DNA from: a virus
Lineage: Duplodnaviria; Caudoviricetes
Reading direction: 5' to 3' (one strand)
IMG/VR virus record: IMGVR_UViG_3300043772_002998
Coordinates: 1 to 60,332 of that record
DNA length: 60,332 nucleotides
The notes under the pieces are model-generated. The model was not told the DNA's origin. It searched no databases and saw only the letters and a list, made by a program, of their open reading frames with translations. The position numbers and the translations under genes were made by a program. This document shows positions 9,697-20,065 of the stretch, one piece after another; the first letter of the stretch is position 1, and the number at the start of each line of letters is the position of its first letter.

Positions 9697-10151
9697 GCCA
9701 CGGTCGTGATGTCATCCACCATCGTAAAAACTTCAATGCTCAGCGGTTGGCCAGGCGATAGGGTTTGATCCTCTGGCAGCATCGGCAGGATGCCCGCCAC
9801 GATGGTGTCCCATGTGGTGGTCCCGCCGCTGACGGTGCCGAGCACAAGGTAAGCCGTATCAAACTGCAGCCCCAGCCCGCCGGAGCTGGCCTGGAAGGTT
9901 GAGAGATTGCCGGTGCCCACCACCATGCCTTGGGTGGAGCTGTAGGCCCCTGCAGGTAGCGTCCATTCCACCCGGGCGTAACCGTTGCTGGCTTGGCTGC
10001 TGATCTCCACCGCGTCCCATTGTGCGGTGGTCGAGTCTTTGGTGAGCGAGGCAGAATTGATCGCCAGGCATAGCCGCGCCTTACGGCCCTGATAGGCGAC
10101 GGCATGAACGCGAAGCAGCTCCGCGTTACTCCACTGCATTGCCAATGTCAC
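9693..10151 (-). CDS. Minor tail protein
   Basis: E.S...NGYARV motif typical of small tail proteins. Confidence 0.6.
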   Translation of the reverse strand: MTLAMQWSNAELLRVHAVAYQGRKARLCLAINSASLTKDSTTAQWDAVEISSQASNGYARVEWTLPAGAYSSTQGMVVGTGNLSTFQASSGGLGLQFDTAYLVLGTVSGGTTTWDTIVAGILPMLPEDQTLSPGQPLSIEVFTMVDDITTVA

Positions 10152-10849
10152 AGGATCACCCCCTTCATGGTTGACGTAAAGGCGCCATTTGCCGGATCAA
10201 AGGCCACGTTATAGACCCCTCCCGGGCCAACAGTTACGGTCTCTGGCATGATGAGCTTTCCGGTCGTTACCGCTTGGCTGGTGACGGTGGTAGAATACGC
10301 TACTGTAATATCAAATGTGTTCGTGGTGACGTTGGCGATAGTGAAGGTGCCATTCATCCACCAGAACGGCAGCTGATCAATCACCACCACGCTGCCATTC
10401 GCCATCCCGTGGGCGGCCTTGGTGAGCGTAGCGGTAACGCTGGTTTGCGCTACATTCGTGATGGATACCTGCCCAGCACTGGAGCTGAATAGGCAGCCGA
10501 TCACGTTCTTACCAATGGCGGTACTGTTGTAAAACACCAGCGACTTGAAGGCAAACCCGCTACCGCTTGCCGATAGCGTCGGGATGAATGACGGATTGAA
10601 CCGGTACGTTCCGCCTTGCCATGTTGCAGGTTCCGTGACGCTGACGTTCACCCCCCCAAGCGTGTAGCCGTTCCCATTCGCCACCTGCGTAACGTCTGAC
10701 AGCACCGTATGGGACTGGATCAGCGGTACGTTAGTGGTTAGCGCCATCTTGACCACATGCACCCCGAGGGCATGGATTCCACGGGACATGGCCGCCGGGA
10801 CGAAGGCATGAAACGGGATGAACCCGCAGGTTCTGGTTACGGTGGTCAT
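10148..10849 (-). CDS. Minor tail protein with an inserted FCCH-like beta domain
   Basis: KMALT...QVANGNGYTLGG core plus insert AT.T..AHG..NGS.V.I......NGTFTI..VT.NTF. Confidence 0.65.
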   Translation of the reverse strand: MTTVTRTCGFIPFHAFVPAAMSRGIHALGVHVVKMALTTNVPLIQSHTVLSDVTQVANGNGYTLGGVNVSVTEPATWQGGTYRFNPSFIPTLSASGSGFAFKSLVFYNSTAIGKNVIGCLFSSSAGQVSITNVAQTSVTATLTKAAHGMANGSVVVIDQLPFWWMNGTFTIANVTTNTFDITVAYSTTVTSQAVTTGKLIMPETVTVGPGGVYNVAFDPANGAFTSTMKGVIL

Positions 10850-10864
10850 GCCCTTAGCTTTCCG

Positions 10865-13732
10865 TCAGGGGTTGGGATATGGCGCCGTCGGTGGCGTGAA
10901 GTTCGCATCCACCACCCGGCCGGGCTCTACCACTACATCGTCAATGTAGCCGGGGAAGATGGCTGCGTATTGATCAGCGCCGCCAACCTGTACGGTAGTG
11001 GTGGTGATGTTTGCAGTACTTGTCGGGCCGGTAATAACATAATCATCGGTGCTCTTGACGCCATTGACGAATACCCTGACGGTTTGCGCTTCCTTGCTCA
11101 CCAGAACATGGGTCCATGTCTCGGTTGGGATGGCATTGCTCAGGGCCTCGGGGGTAAAGTTGTCGTCAAACCAGCCGACGTTCCATTCGCTGTTGTAGTT
11201 GACGACGCCAAGCGCTGAGCTGTAGCCAACGCCAAACTGGGCAATCATGTGCTCGGTGTTGGTGTCGCCGCTGTTGATCCGGATCCATGCCTGCATGGTC
11301 CAGTTGCCGACACCCATTGCCAGCCCTGCACCGGTGGCGGTCACAAAGCCGTCAAAGGCATCAAACTCAGCCGCCGCCCCGCCGAACTTGGATTGCGCGG
11401 TGCTGATTGCAGCATTGCCGCTGGCAACGACCGGGTAGGCGTTGGCGCTGCTATCGACGAAACCGGGCCCGTCGAAGTGCAGGATCAGGGCGGCGGCATT
11501 GCCGAACCCGCCCACCTGGGTGAGGGTTGCCGGATTGGTGGTGATGGTCGCGCTGCTGCCGGTGCCGATCAGGTGGATCCGGCGACCCATGCCGCCCACG
11601 CGGACGCCACCGGCCACCTGGAGGGTCTTTGGCAGCCAGCGTTGCAGCCGCGCCCGAGCGCCAACCCTGGCCCCTCCACGGGCCTGCAGGATGGTGTTAT
11701 ACGGCGCCACAAACCGCGTGGGGGTGATGGTCGCCCGGGGGATCGGCGCCAGTCCCGAGGGGAGCGCCGCGAACAATGCCGACAGGTTGGGGGCCAACGG
11801 ATTAAACCCGGCCGGGATCGCCATGGCATTCGGCGGCCGTGGGTTGGGGTTGGTGGTCACGGCGGCGGCAGCCGGCAGGGTGGTCACCCCAGGCGGCAGG
11901 GGGAAGAATGCCTTGCTGGCGTCGCCATCGACTGCAGCCCAGAACATCGCATCGGTCGTACAGCGGATCCCATCGGCGGCCATTGACCACGTGCAGCCGT
12001 TGACGCGATAGGCCCCGGTGGCGCCATTGATTCGCAGATACAGCACGTCCATGGGCTTAGCGGGTAGGTCCATGGGGTGGAGCTGCAGCCCCTGCCCGTT
12101 GCGGTTGCCGAGTAGAAGGCGGTTCTCGCCCGTGGCGAAGGCTTGCGCCTCTCGATCTGCAAAGCTCTTGATAACCCGATACGCTGGCGGGTTACCTGTC
12201 TTTACCACAATGTCATCGCTGACGTAAGGAGGCGAAAGCTCCACGGCGGCTTCGCTTGCGGGTGAACCCATCGCAAAGACGACCGATGAAACGCTTTCTA
12301 CCGATGGTGAGTTGGCGGATGGATCTTTCGCCAGCGCAGTGGCATTCCGCTCCTGCTGCTTAGGCCGAACCTGCAACCCAAACTCTCGTTCGGTGCGGAT
12401 TCGGGTCTGGCTGCCGTAGCCCACGAGCCGGCCAGCGGCGGCCTCAATAGTTTTCAATGGCTCTCCGTTATCCCTCAGCTTAGCGATTGCGTCTGCGCCA
12501 AATGGCGTGTTGACATATTGAGTTGCATTGCGCGTTGCCGTTCTCGTGATGCCAGACGCCTTGTCTTTATCGTAATAGGTGACACGCCATCCAGTTGTTA
12601 TGGTGCCAACCTGCCTGAATGTCTTGGCATGTGGCCCATTGGCGCCACACGTGGCAAGCAGATCGCCTCTTGGCCCCCATTCCGTAACCCGCTCTTCCCT
12701 CACGTCTGCGGTATCGCCTTCGCCGTCGGCGTTGGCTGCATAGATAAATGTTGTCAGCGTCTCGCGGGTGCCGTTCAGCGTGCTTGACAGCTCACGTCGT
12801 TCGCTAACCCGGTCTTTTGCGTCATAGCTCGTGACCGTAAGGCTGTAATCGTTATATGTGATGTATTCCTTTATTGACTGTCCGGCTTCGTCCGTGTAGG
12901 TATGAATGGCCTGCACGGGGGCACCAAAGACGACTTCCTTTTCCCAGTTGCGCTTTTTGACCTTCTCTTCATCTTCAGTGCCTGGTGTCGGATTCCCGTT
13001 TTCATCTACTTGGTCTGGTTCACGTAGCTTTAGGCTTGAGTACCTAGCAAAGACCGCATCCCCTGGCAGGTCGCCCACGTTCACGGGTGTCATTTCCAGA
13101 AGCTGCCCGTTCGTCAGCAATGGGCCGGGACCTATTGGGTTGCCGCGCTTGCGGATGAACTCAACCTGCTCTGATTCGTTAACCCAGGCGAAGTACCCTT
13201 CGCTATGCGCGATCTTGCCTAGTTCTTCCACGTAGCCGCCGGACATATCCCATTCGTCTACAACCCGCTTGATCAGAAAAGGGAATCCATTTGCGGATGG
13301 GATTTGCAGTTTTGATAGGATTTTTGCCGCCACCCAAGCCGACGACATTGGCAACACAGCCACGCGACGATCAATTTCTGGCACGCTGCTATTCTCCTCC
13401 GTCTCTTTGAGCACCTCCACCGGCGGTTTGCGGTTGCTGTGATACGTCAGCAAACACCCCGCGCTGATCGTGGTGATGTTCTGCAACGGATCCACCTGAC
13501 TGGATAGCACCCGCAGCCGCCGCGGCACCCGGGCGATCCAGTTCGCGCCATCGGAATACGCCAGGCTGATCGGCGACCCTGCGGCGGGCCTATAGGTGCC
13601 GGTGAGCGTGATCGTAGCCTTCGTGAGGCACAGCCCCTGCCCCTGTACGTGGTCTTCCTGGATCGTGACCGGCGACCGGGGGTCAACCGGCCCAAGGCTG
13701 CAGAACACCCAATGGCGCAGGTCCAGGCTCAT
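10865..13732 (-). CDS. Large tail tip/baseplate protein with C-terminal LamG/concanavalin-A-like domain
   Basis: C-terminal LILHFDG...DSS...GNAAISTAQSKFGG...WT..AWI...WTHV...RVFVNG...GYIDDV...FTPPTAP. Confidence 0.78.
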   Translation of the reverse strand: MSLDLRHWVFCSLGPVDPRSPVTIQEDHVQGQGLCLTKATITLTGTYRPAAGSPISLAYSDGANWIARVPRRLRVLSSQVDPLQNITTISAGCLLTYHSNRKPPVEVLKETEENSSVPEIDRRVAVLPMSSAWVAAKILSKLQIPSANGFPFLIKRVVDEWDMSGGYVEELGKIAHSEGYFAWVNESEQVEFIRKRGNPIGPGPLLTNGQLLEMTPVNVGDLPGDAVFARYSSLKLREPDQVDENGNPTPGTEDEEKVKKRNWEKEVVFGAPVQAIHTYTDEAGQSIKEYITYNDYSLTVTSYDAKDRVSERRELSSTLNGTRETLTTFIYAANADGEGDTADVREERVTEWGPRGDLLATCGANGPHAKTFRQVGTITTGWRVTYYDKDKASGITRTATRNATQYVNTPFGADAIAKLRDNGEPLKTIEAAAGRLVGYGSQTRIRTEREFGLQVRPKQQERNATALAKDPSANSPSVESVSSVVFAMGSPASEAAVELSPPYVSDDIVVKTGNPPAYRVIKSFADREAQAFATGENRLLLGNRNGQGLQLHPMDLPAKPMDVLYLRINGATGAYRVNGCTWSMAADGIRCTTDAMFWAAVDGDASKAFFPLPPGVTTLPAAAAVTTNPNPRPPNAMAIPAGFNPLAPNLSALFAALPSGLAPIPRATITPTRFVAPYNTILQARGGARVGARARLQRWLPKTLQVAGGVRVGGMGRRIHLIGTGSSATITTNPATLTQVGGFGNAAALILHFDGPGFVDSSANAYPVVASGNAAISTAQSKFGGAAAEFDAFDGFVTATGAGLAMGVGNWTMQAWIRINSGDTNTEHMIAQFGVGYSSALGVVNYNSEWNVGWFDDNFTPEALSNAIPTETWTHVLVSKEAQTVRVFVNGVKSTDDYVITGPTSTANITTTTVQVGGADQYAAIFPGYIDDVVVEPGRVVDANFTPPTAPYPNP

Positions 13733-14505
13733 ACGGCGGCACGGATCTTCGTGAGGGTCAGCGACACGTCGTAGACGGTGCTCACTGCCCCGGCATTGCG
13801 CTTGAGACGTGCGGTGGGGATGCCCCAGCCGTTCGGGAACCAGCTATTAGCCGCCGGGGTGCTCGTGGCGACGGTGGTCTTCACCCACGTCTCCAGGGTC
13901 GGCAGGTGGGCAGCCGTGACCCAACCGCGGACTTCCTTCGTGTCAACGGTCGCAAGGTTGCCGGTGATCACGTGCGCGCCTGCGGCCGATAGCTCCAGCT
14001 GCGGTAGCCCCTCGATATTCTCGGGCCGGGCGGTCAGGTTGATCACAGCCCCGCCAAGCGTGAGGGTGCCGAGGTTGAGGGCCTCCTGTTCCTCCTCCCC
14101 CTCCTCCAGCTCGCGCAGCAGCACCGCAAGGGCCTGGTTGGCATCCACAAGGGTCAATCCTACCCGCGTGAACGGCCCCACCTGCGTCGGCTTCTCGATC
14201 GCACGGATCCAGGCTTGGCGATTGGTCCAGGCATGGGCACCGCTGTAGCCGGGCCCCCGGGCGGTCACCAGCACCACCTCTCCAACGGTTCCGGTGCGCT
14301 CCGGGGCCTCCTGCAGCAACCGGGCGGCAGTCCATGCCCGGAACATGCCGAGCAGGGCATCCGCCTGGGTCTTCTGCAGTAACCCCGAGGGCTGCAGCAT
14401 TTCCGGCGCCCGCCCGCGGTCTACATCCACCCCATCAAACGCCAAGGGATGCTGTTCCAGGTTCGGAAACGTGAATGAGCTGCCGCCGTAGGAGATGGTA
14501 AGCAT
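13729..14505 (-). CDS. Putative distal tail protein
   Basis: Directly downstream of the tape measure gene. Confidence 0.55.
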   Translation of the reverse strand: MLTISYGGSSFTFPNLEQHPLAFDGVDVDRGRAPEMLQPSGLLQKTQADALLGMFRAWTAARLLQEAPERTGTVGEVVLVTARGPGYSGAHAWTNRQAWIRAIEKPTQVGPFTRVGLTLVDANQALAVLLRELEEGEEEQEALNLGTLTLGGAVINLTARPENIEGLPQLELSAAGAHVITGNLATVDTKEVRGWVTAAHLPTLETWVKTTVATSTPAANSWFPNGWGIPTARLKRNAGAVSTVYDVSLTLTKIRAAV

Positions 14506-17500
14506 TAGTACCCCCCGACGCTGCGCAGGATGCCGGCATTAGACGGCAACACCACCCGCACAGAAAAGTCCTTGGCCACCAGGGCATCCATGCGGCCAGT
14601 GAGGCGATTGATCGCTGCATTGAGTTTTCCAAGCCCCGGGATATTGGCCGCCCGCGGCGAACCCATGACCGCCATCGACTGCCCACCACCACCGCGGCGG
14701 CCCATCGCGGCACCAGCGGCCCCGAAGGCCCCGCCAGCGGCGAGGGAAGCAGTGATGCCTGCCGGTAGCACCGTGCCCGCAGTAGGGGGGGTCCAGTAGC
14801 CATTGCGTGGGGCATTGATCAGCGACAGGTTGCCGGAATCACTCAGGAACGATTCCAGCCCCAGTTCGTTGATCTTGTACTTTGTACCAGGCTCAACCCC
14901 GCCGCCGGCCCATCGGGCCTGAGGGACGGTGGCAATCTGCTTGAGAGTTTCAAGCAGGGCCCCGGCGTTGGCGTTGGCGTTGGCATAGCCGGCAGCCAGG
15001 GCGCCAGCGGCATCAGCGGCGCTTGCGGTGGATGTTGCCGCCGCGTCTAGGTTGCCCTGGATCTGGATGGTCTGACCACCGGCGGAAATGAAGCCAGCGG
15101 AAACGGACTGGAGTTCGGTGGCGATCTGGGCTGCAGACCCCGCCGATGCGTCAAGTTTGGTCAGCGGTCCTGATAACGACTGCTCCCATCCCTTGGTGGC
15201 CGCCTGAGCCTTGAGGCCATTGGCCGCGGTCTGCTGTTGCATCCCGAGGGATTGGCGCTCCAAACCGAACACCAGCCCCAGGGTCTGCAACCGCCCACCT
15301 TCCGCCTGTTGCTGTTGTTGCGCCAGCCCGATGGCCTGCCGCTGCAACGCCAGCTGCTGCTCCAACGCCTGCCGTTGCTTGGCCCCCAGCGATGGATCCG
15401 CCATCTGCCCCTGCAGCTCTAACAACCGCTGCTGCTGCTGCAAAGTGTTCTGCGCCGCCGCACGCTGCGCCCCCTGGGCCTCTAGTACCTGCTGCGCTTG
15501 CTTCAACTCTAGCACCTGCCGCTCCAGCTCAAACCGCTGTTGTGCCGCCGCGATCGATGCCTCTAACGCCCGGTACTCAATCGTCTCTGCCCCACGCTTT
15601 AATGACTTGATGTACTCCTCCTGCTCGCTGATCTGATCCACGGCGGCCCCGCGATCACGCATCAGTTGTAGGTGCTGCTCTGCCCCGCTGATCTGTGCAT
15701 TTTGCCGAGCCGACTCCACCGCAAACAGGCTTTCGGATAGCCCCTGCTGCGCCTGTTGCAGCCCCATCAACGCATCCGCTACCTGCTGTTGCGCCCGCAA
15801 CCGGCTTACCGCAAGCTGCCCCGCGGTGTTCTCCAGCTCTACCTGTTGCTGTGTGATCTGCAGCCGGGTTTGCGCCAGCTGCAAGATCTCCTGCCGGCGT
15901 TGCACCTCCGCCCGGGAGCCCTCGGCTTCCAGCTTCGCCAGCTCCAGCACCTTCTGGGCTCGTGCTGATTGGGCGGCCATGATTGCCTTGTCGTTGCCGC
16001 TCTCGGCGCCCTGTGCCTTGGCTGCCTTCAACTTTTCAATCAGTGCATCCTGCCCCCTGATCTCCTCCTGCAGCGCCTGCTTGCGAGCACCGGCCATCAT
16101 CTTATCGGCATCGGCCTGCGTCAGCTTGCCGGCGGTGACCCGATTAATCATTTCCGCCTCAGCTTCAAGCGCGGACACTCCAATGCGCTGAGCATATACA
16201 GCATTAGATTGCTGTTGTGCCTTGACGCTATCGTCTAGCTTGGTTTGCAATGTTTGCAATGCCGAGGCATTGGCGTTAATCTCCCCCCTGGAGTCGCGCT
16301 GTCCTTCGCGGAACTTCTTGGCAAGCGGTTCGATATTGTTGAGCAGTCCTTCAACGGTGCGGGCGTCTTCTTTGATGGTGCCAAAAAGCGGGGTCCTCGT
16401 GTTGCCCGTTGCCGCCTCTGCTTGGCTGAAAATGTTGCGGGCTTCCTGAGCTGTGAGGTTAAACTTTTTCTGCACTCGATCCAGCTCAGTAGCAACCTGC
16501 ACGGCAGCCACTCCAACACCACCCAGTCCGTTCACCGCAAAGCCCAAGCCCCTGGCACTCTCTCCAATCTCAAGTCCCTGCTTTGCGGCAAGAAACTGTT
16601 TGATCTGGGCTGTGATCGCAGGCAGCAGGCTCTGACCCAATGAAGCCTGCAATTCTTCCCATTCATTCCTGAACTGCTGCAGCGTCTGCGCAGCGGTTGG
16701 CACGCCGGACGATGCCGACGTTAAGGTATTTAGACCTTTGGTAAATGCCGGAAAGAACTTATTGGCCGATAGCTGGCCAGTTTCAACCAGCTTAATCATC
16801 GCCGCCGTGCTAATCCCGAGACCCTTCGCCGTTGCTGCTATCGCAATCGGCAGGCGTTCTCCCAGTTGTTGCCGCAGCTCCTCCATGCTCACAGTGCCCT
16901 TGGATGCGATCTGCTGCAACGCCAGGAACGCGCCATTTACCTCATCGCTCGTAAGGCCCAGCGTCTGTCCTGCACGCGACACCGCCGTAAATAGCTCATT
17001 CTGCTGCTGCAATGGCACGTTCGCCGCCGTGGCTGCCGCTGTGAATCGGCCGTAGCTGCTTACAAGATCACGGAACGACAAGCCCAGCTGGTCGCTGATG
17101 CCTCGCAAAAAGCCAAGCGCCTGTCCTGCACCTTGCGGGCCTAGTGTATTTGACAGCCGCCGCGTGGCTGATTCAAGCTGGATCGCCTGATCGATTGAAC
17201 TCCGCAGAAACTGAGCCGCCGAGAACCCGCCCACAAGCGCCATCGCGCCACGCATCAGGCCGATGCCCTTTGCTGCTAAGCCACCCGCATCGCCCGCACG
17301 CCGTAGGTCATTTTCAACCCCTGCGATCTCTTGCTTTAGCTTCCGAAACGATCTAGACCCGATCGCTACTCGTTCCAACTGGCTGGTAAGATCGCTCAGC
17401 TTTGTCCGCAACGCCGAGATACTACCGGTCGCCGCCTGCTCCATCTCCTTCGCAAACTGCCCTAGTGACTTGTTCGCATCCTTCAGCCCCTTGTCCAACT

Positions 17501-17762
17501 TCGCTAGGCGGTTGAAAACTTCATCCGGCACAACCTTACCGCTGGCATCCTCAAACCTGAGCTTCGTCTTATTAAACGCCAACCCGACACGCTTCGCCGC
17601 TGCTTCCGCGTCCCTGACGATCCCATCCAGTCGCTTTTGCGATTCAGCCGATAGCGACTCACCAAATACCTGCCCGCCGGCCTTGCCCGCCTCTTGCAGC
17701 TGGCCCACAAGATCCTTGAGGCCATCCAGGATGATCTTGGCTGAAACCTCAAAATCGGACAC
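14505..17762 (-). CDS. Tail tape measure protein
   Basis: 1085 aa Ala/Gln-rich; tape-measure domain ALQQIASKGTVSMEELRQQLGERLP; C-terminal RWAGG.V......INELG.E. Confidence 0.93.
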   Translation of the reverse strand: MSDFEVSAKIILDGLKDLVGQLQEAGKAGGQVFGESLSAESQKRLDGIVRDAEAAAKRVGLAFNKTKLRFEDASGKVVPDEVFNRLAKLDKGLKDANKSLGQFAKEMEQAATGSISALRTKLSDLTSQLERVAIGSRSFRKLKQEIAGVENDLRRAGDAGGLAAKGIGLMRGAMALVGGFSAAQFLRSSIDQAIQLESATRRLSNTLGPQGAGQALGFLRGISDQLGLSFRDLVSSYGRFTAAATAANVPLQQQNELFTAVSRAGQTLGLTSDEVNGAFLALQQIASKGTVSMEELRQQLGERLPIAIAATAKGLGISTAAMIKLVETGQLSANKFFPAFTKGLNTLTSASSGVPTAAQTLQQFRNEWEELQASLGQSLLPAITAQIKQFLAAKQGLEIGESARGLGFAVNGLGGVGVAAVQVATELDRVQKKFNLTAQEARNIFSQAEAATGNTRTPLFGTIKEDARTVEGLLNNIEPLAKKFREGQRDSRGEINANASALQTLQTKLDDSVKAQQQSNAVYAQRIGVSALEAEAEMINRVTAGKLTQADADKMMAGARKQALQEEIRGQDALIEKLKAAKAQGAESGNDKAIMAAQSARAQKVLELAKLEAEGSRAEVQRRQEILQLAQTRLQITQQQVELENTAGQLAVSRLRAQQQVADALMGLQQAQQGLSESLFAVESARQNAQISGAEQHLQLMRDRGAAVDQISEQEEYIKSLKRGAETIEYRALEASIAAAQQRFELERQVLELKQAQQVLEAQGAQRAAAQNTLQQQQRLLELQGQMADPSLGAKQRQALEQQLALQRQAIGLAQQQQQAEGGRLQTLGLVFGLERQSLGMQQQTAANGLKAQAATKGWEQSLSGPLTKLDASAGSAAQIATELQSVSAGFISAGGQTIQIQGNLDAAATSTASAADAAGALAAGYANANANAGALLETLKQIATVPQARWAGGGVEPGTKYKINELGLESFLSDSGNLSLINAPRNGYWTPPTAGTVLPAGITASLAAGGAFGAAGAAMGRRGGGGQSMAVMGSPRAANIPGLGKLNAAINRLTGRMDALVAKDFSVRVVLPSNAGILRSVGGY

Positions 17763-17786
17763 GGCAGCGCCTACCCTCGTTCCTTC

Positions 17787-17836
17787 TAGGTTTCCGCGTT
17801 TGCGCTAGCCCGCTTGCCGTGGCGGGCGGAAAGCTA
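17787..17836. promoter_or_regulatory. Back-to-back putative late promoters
   Basis: GGAAACCTA on minus (17787-17795) faces the tape measure gene; GGAAAGCTA on plus (17828-17836) faces ATG 17864. Confidence 0.7.
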
Positions 17837-17863
17837 CGGTTAGATCATCGCCTACCTTCTTCC

Positions 17864-18445
17864 ATGGCCCGCACGTATTCCCGCGACTCCAGCGGGCGGT
17901 TTAGTTCCACCGGCGGTGGTGGTAAATCAAGGGGGCGCGGCAGCAAGAGAGGCGATCAGCGGTCCAATGCACCGGCCAGCAAGGCAGCCGCCACCCGGGC
18001 CACCAACACCGCCCGCGCCGCGCAGCTTCGCGCCGGTGGTACGACCGCAATCGGCGGGCGGGTCAAGGCCAGGGGCTTTGCTGGCGGCGCCGGGGCTCAG
18101 CAACGCGCCGGGGGGCTCCGCAAGGCTGGTCAGACCACCCTCAAGCGCGCCAGCGGGGCTGCTGCCGGCACCCGATCCGGGCTGAAGGCTGGCGCCGCCG
18201 CTGCGGCCAAGGCTCGCATGGCTGCCGCGAAGAAGTCCGCAGGGCCCGCCAAACCCATCAAGAAGATGAGCAAAGCCCCGGTGAGCGCGGCGAAAGCCCG
18301 CTACAAAGAGCTGAGCGGCAAGGCGCGATCTAGCTCCGCCTATCGTTCCGCCAGCGAGAACCGCGCCGCCGCTGGGGCCCGTCGGAGCCTCAAGGCCATG
18401 GAACAGTCCCGCGGGGTCACCAAGAAGCGCAAGGGCAAGCGCTGA
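17864..18445 (+). CDS. Highly basic (R/K/A/G-rich) histone-H1-like protein
   Basis: Starts MARTYSRDSSGRFSS; almost no acidic residues; only plus-strand gene in the late block; hairpin at about 18457-18480. Confidence 0.75.
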   Translation: MARTYSRDSSGRFSSTGGGGKSRGRGSKRGDQRSNAPASKAAATRATNTARAAQLRAGGTTAIGGRVKARGFAGGAGAQQRAGGLRKAGQTTLKRASGAAAGTRSGLKAGAAAAAKARMAAAKKSAGPAKPIKKMSKAPVSAAKARYKELSGKARSSSAYRSASENRAAAGARRSLKAMEQSRGVTKKRKGKR

Positions 18446-18481
18446 TCCATCCCCAAGCCCCGGGGCCTTCCCCGGGGCGCC

Positions 18482-18916
18482 CTAGGGCTCGATCACCAAC
18501 GGCGCCTGCCACGTCAACGCCCGCTGCTCCAGCCCCGTAGTCAGGTCCGGCACGGTGGAATCTGCCGATCGGCACCCGGGCAGCAACAGCTGAATCCGTC
18601 GCACCGCCGCCTGTAGGTGATACGGGCCCCCTGGGGTCTCCGTTTCCCATTGCGTCGCCGCCATCCGCATCGTCGGGTTGACGATCACCTCACCCGTAGC
18701 GCACACCTGAGGATCATCGGACGTGAGGCGAAAAATGACGATCTCCACCCCCCGCACGACGGTGGTGGGCTCTTCCTGCGCCTGATTGATGAACTGCCGC
18801 GACAGCGCCGGCAGGGTGGTGCCATCCGAGTATAGGTACGTCCCGAGCATGCTCGCCAGGGTGGCATCAGCCGCCAGCAGGTCATAGACAGCTTCGGTGG
18901 TGGTGGGCAGCGTCAT
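18482..18916 (-). CDS. Putative tail terminator/completion protein
   Basis: AVYDLLAADATLASMLG N-terminus typical of this class. Confidence 0.6.
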   Translation of the reverse strand: MTLPTTTEAVYDLLAADATLASMLGTYLYSDGTTLPALSRQFINQAQEEPTTVVRGVEIVIFRLTSDDPQVCATGEVIVNPTMRMAATQWETETPGGPYHLQAAVRRIQLLLPGCRSADSTVPDLTTGLEQRALTWQAPLVIEP

Positions 18917-19056
18917 CAGCCAAGGATGCGGCGGGGCTTGGCCTTAGGCTTGGGCTTTGCCATTGCGGTAGTCTTGAATGAAACCGCTCCCTTGCCGGCG
19001 GTCTTGGATGGCTTCTTGCCCTTGCTAGATGCTTTTGCCGTTGGGCTTGCCATCAT
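18916..19056 (-). CDS. Small Lys-rich protein
   Basis: MMASPTAKASSKGKKPSK...KPKPKAKPRRILG; late motif at 19080-19088. Confidence 0.6.
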   Translation of the reverse strand: MMASPTAKASSKGKKPSKTAGKGAVSFKTTAMAKPKPKAKPRRILG

Positions 19057-19096
19057 CGAGTCCCGATAGGATCCGATCCTAGCTTTCCTTCCCAGC

Positions 19097-19122
19097 AAAA
19101 AGGCGCCCCTCCCGAGGCGCCT
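19097..19122 (-). terminator. Rho-independent terminator after the major tail gene
   Basis: GGCGCC-TCGGGAGG-GGCGCC-TTTTT on minus. Confidence 0.7.
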
Positions 19123-19167
19123 GGTTCCCGACTAAAGATTGAGCCCAATCTCAATCCTCGCCCAAGA

Positions 19168-20019
19168 TCATAACCCGGTATTGTCCGGGATGGTGCGCAG
19201 GGGGCCGATCACGCCGAGCGTTCCGGTGAACTTCTGCAACGATCCGCTTTCGCCATCCTCCGAGATGTTGATCCGGCCAAAACCGATCTGTGCTTCGGTG
19301 GAACCGGCCGGACCTTGTCGCAGGAACTTAACCACCAGGCCAGGGCTCACGCTTCGCTCACTGCACATCAGCAGGATCTTCCACGTGTAGGACTTGCGGT
19401 CAACCAATCCGCTCAGGTTATACGAGAAGCTATTGCTACTCGCAATGGTGATCATGTTACCGGAATCCTCCGGGTCCAAGGTCATTGCCTGATCAGTTTG
19501 GGTGTCGCCGGACATTGGGATGCCGGTAAGACCCATGATGCGGATGGGCTTATCGGTGCCATCCAGTTTGAGGGCACCTTTGCCTACGGTGCCGGTATCA
19601 GCGCCGCTCGTGATGGTCGGGCCGGTGTTGGCGTAGGTGAAGGTTTTAGCTACCGCGTCGATGGACGCCACGACGAAAGTACCGTTGACGCTGACATTGG
19701 TGACGGCAGCAACCTGCACGACGTCACCAATCACCAGTCCATGGGTGACGGCCGTGGTGATGGTGACCACGTTCGCGGCACGGGCTACGTTTGAGATTGC
19801 GAGTTCAGTCTTGTTGACGAACGCCGCGAAAGGCTTGGTGAGGGTGCCAACGCCGCTCCAGTCCACCTTCCCGCGGCCCTGCAGGGCGTCGGCGGTGTTG
19901 ATGAATCCGGTCAGGTTGGTGCGGGCGGTTTCCAGTTGGTCGTAGTCGACAGCGCTCGCCAGCATGGGCACCATGTGGGTGAGCACGTCGACGGTCGCCC
20001 CATAAGCGGCGCTAGCCAT
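19168..20019 (-). CDS. Major tail (tube) protein with an inserted FCCH-like domain
   Basis: Has its own late motif and terminator; beta-rich tube-like C-terminal half; insert VVTITTAVTHGL.IGD.V...VNGTFVV. Confidence 0.65.
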   Translation of the reverse strand: MASAAYGATVDVLTHMVPMLASAVDYDQLETARTNLTGFINTADALQGRGKVDWSGVGTLTKPFAAFVNKTELAISNVARAANVVTITTAVTHGLVIGDVVQVAAVTNVSVNGTFVVASIDAVAKTFTYANTGPTITSGADTGTVGKGALKLDGTDKPIRIMGLTGIPMSGDTQTDQAMTLDPEDSGNMITIASSNSFSYNLSGLVDRKSYTWKILLMCSERSVSPGLVVKFLRQGPAGSTEAQIGFGRINISEDGESGSLQKFTGTLGVIGPLRTIPDNTGL

Positions 20020-20065
20020 GATTCAGTCCCGTGGGGGTGATACTGTGCTTAGCTTTCCGCAGGTT

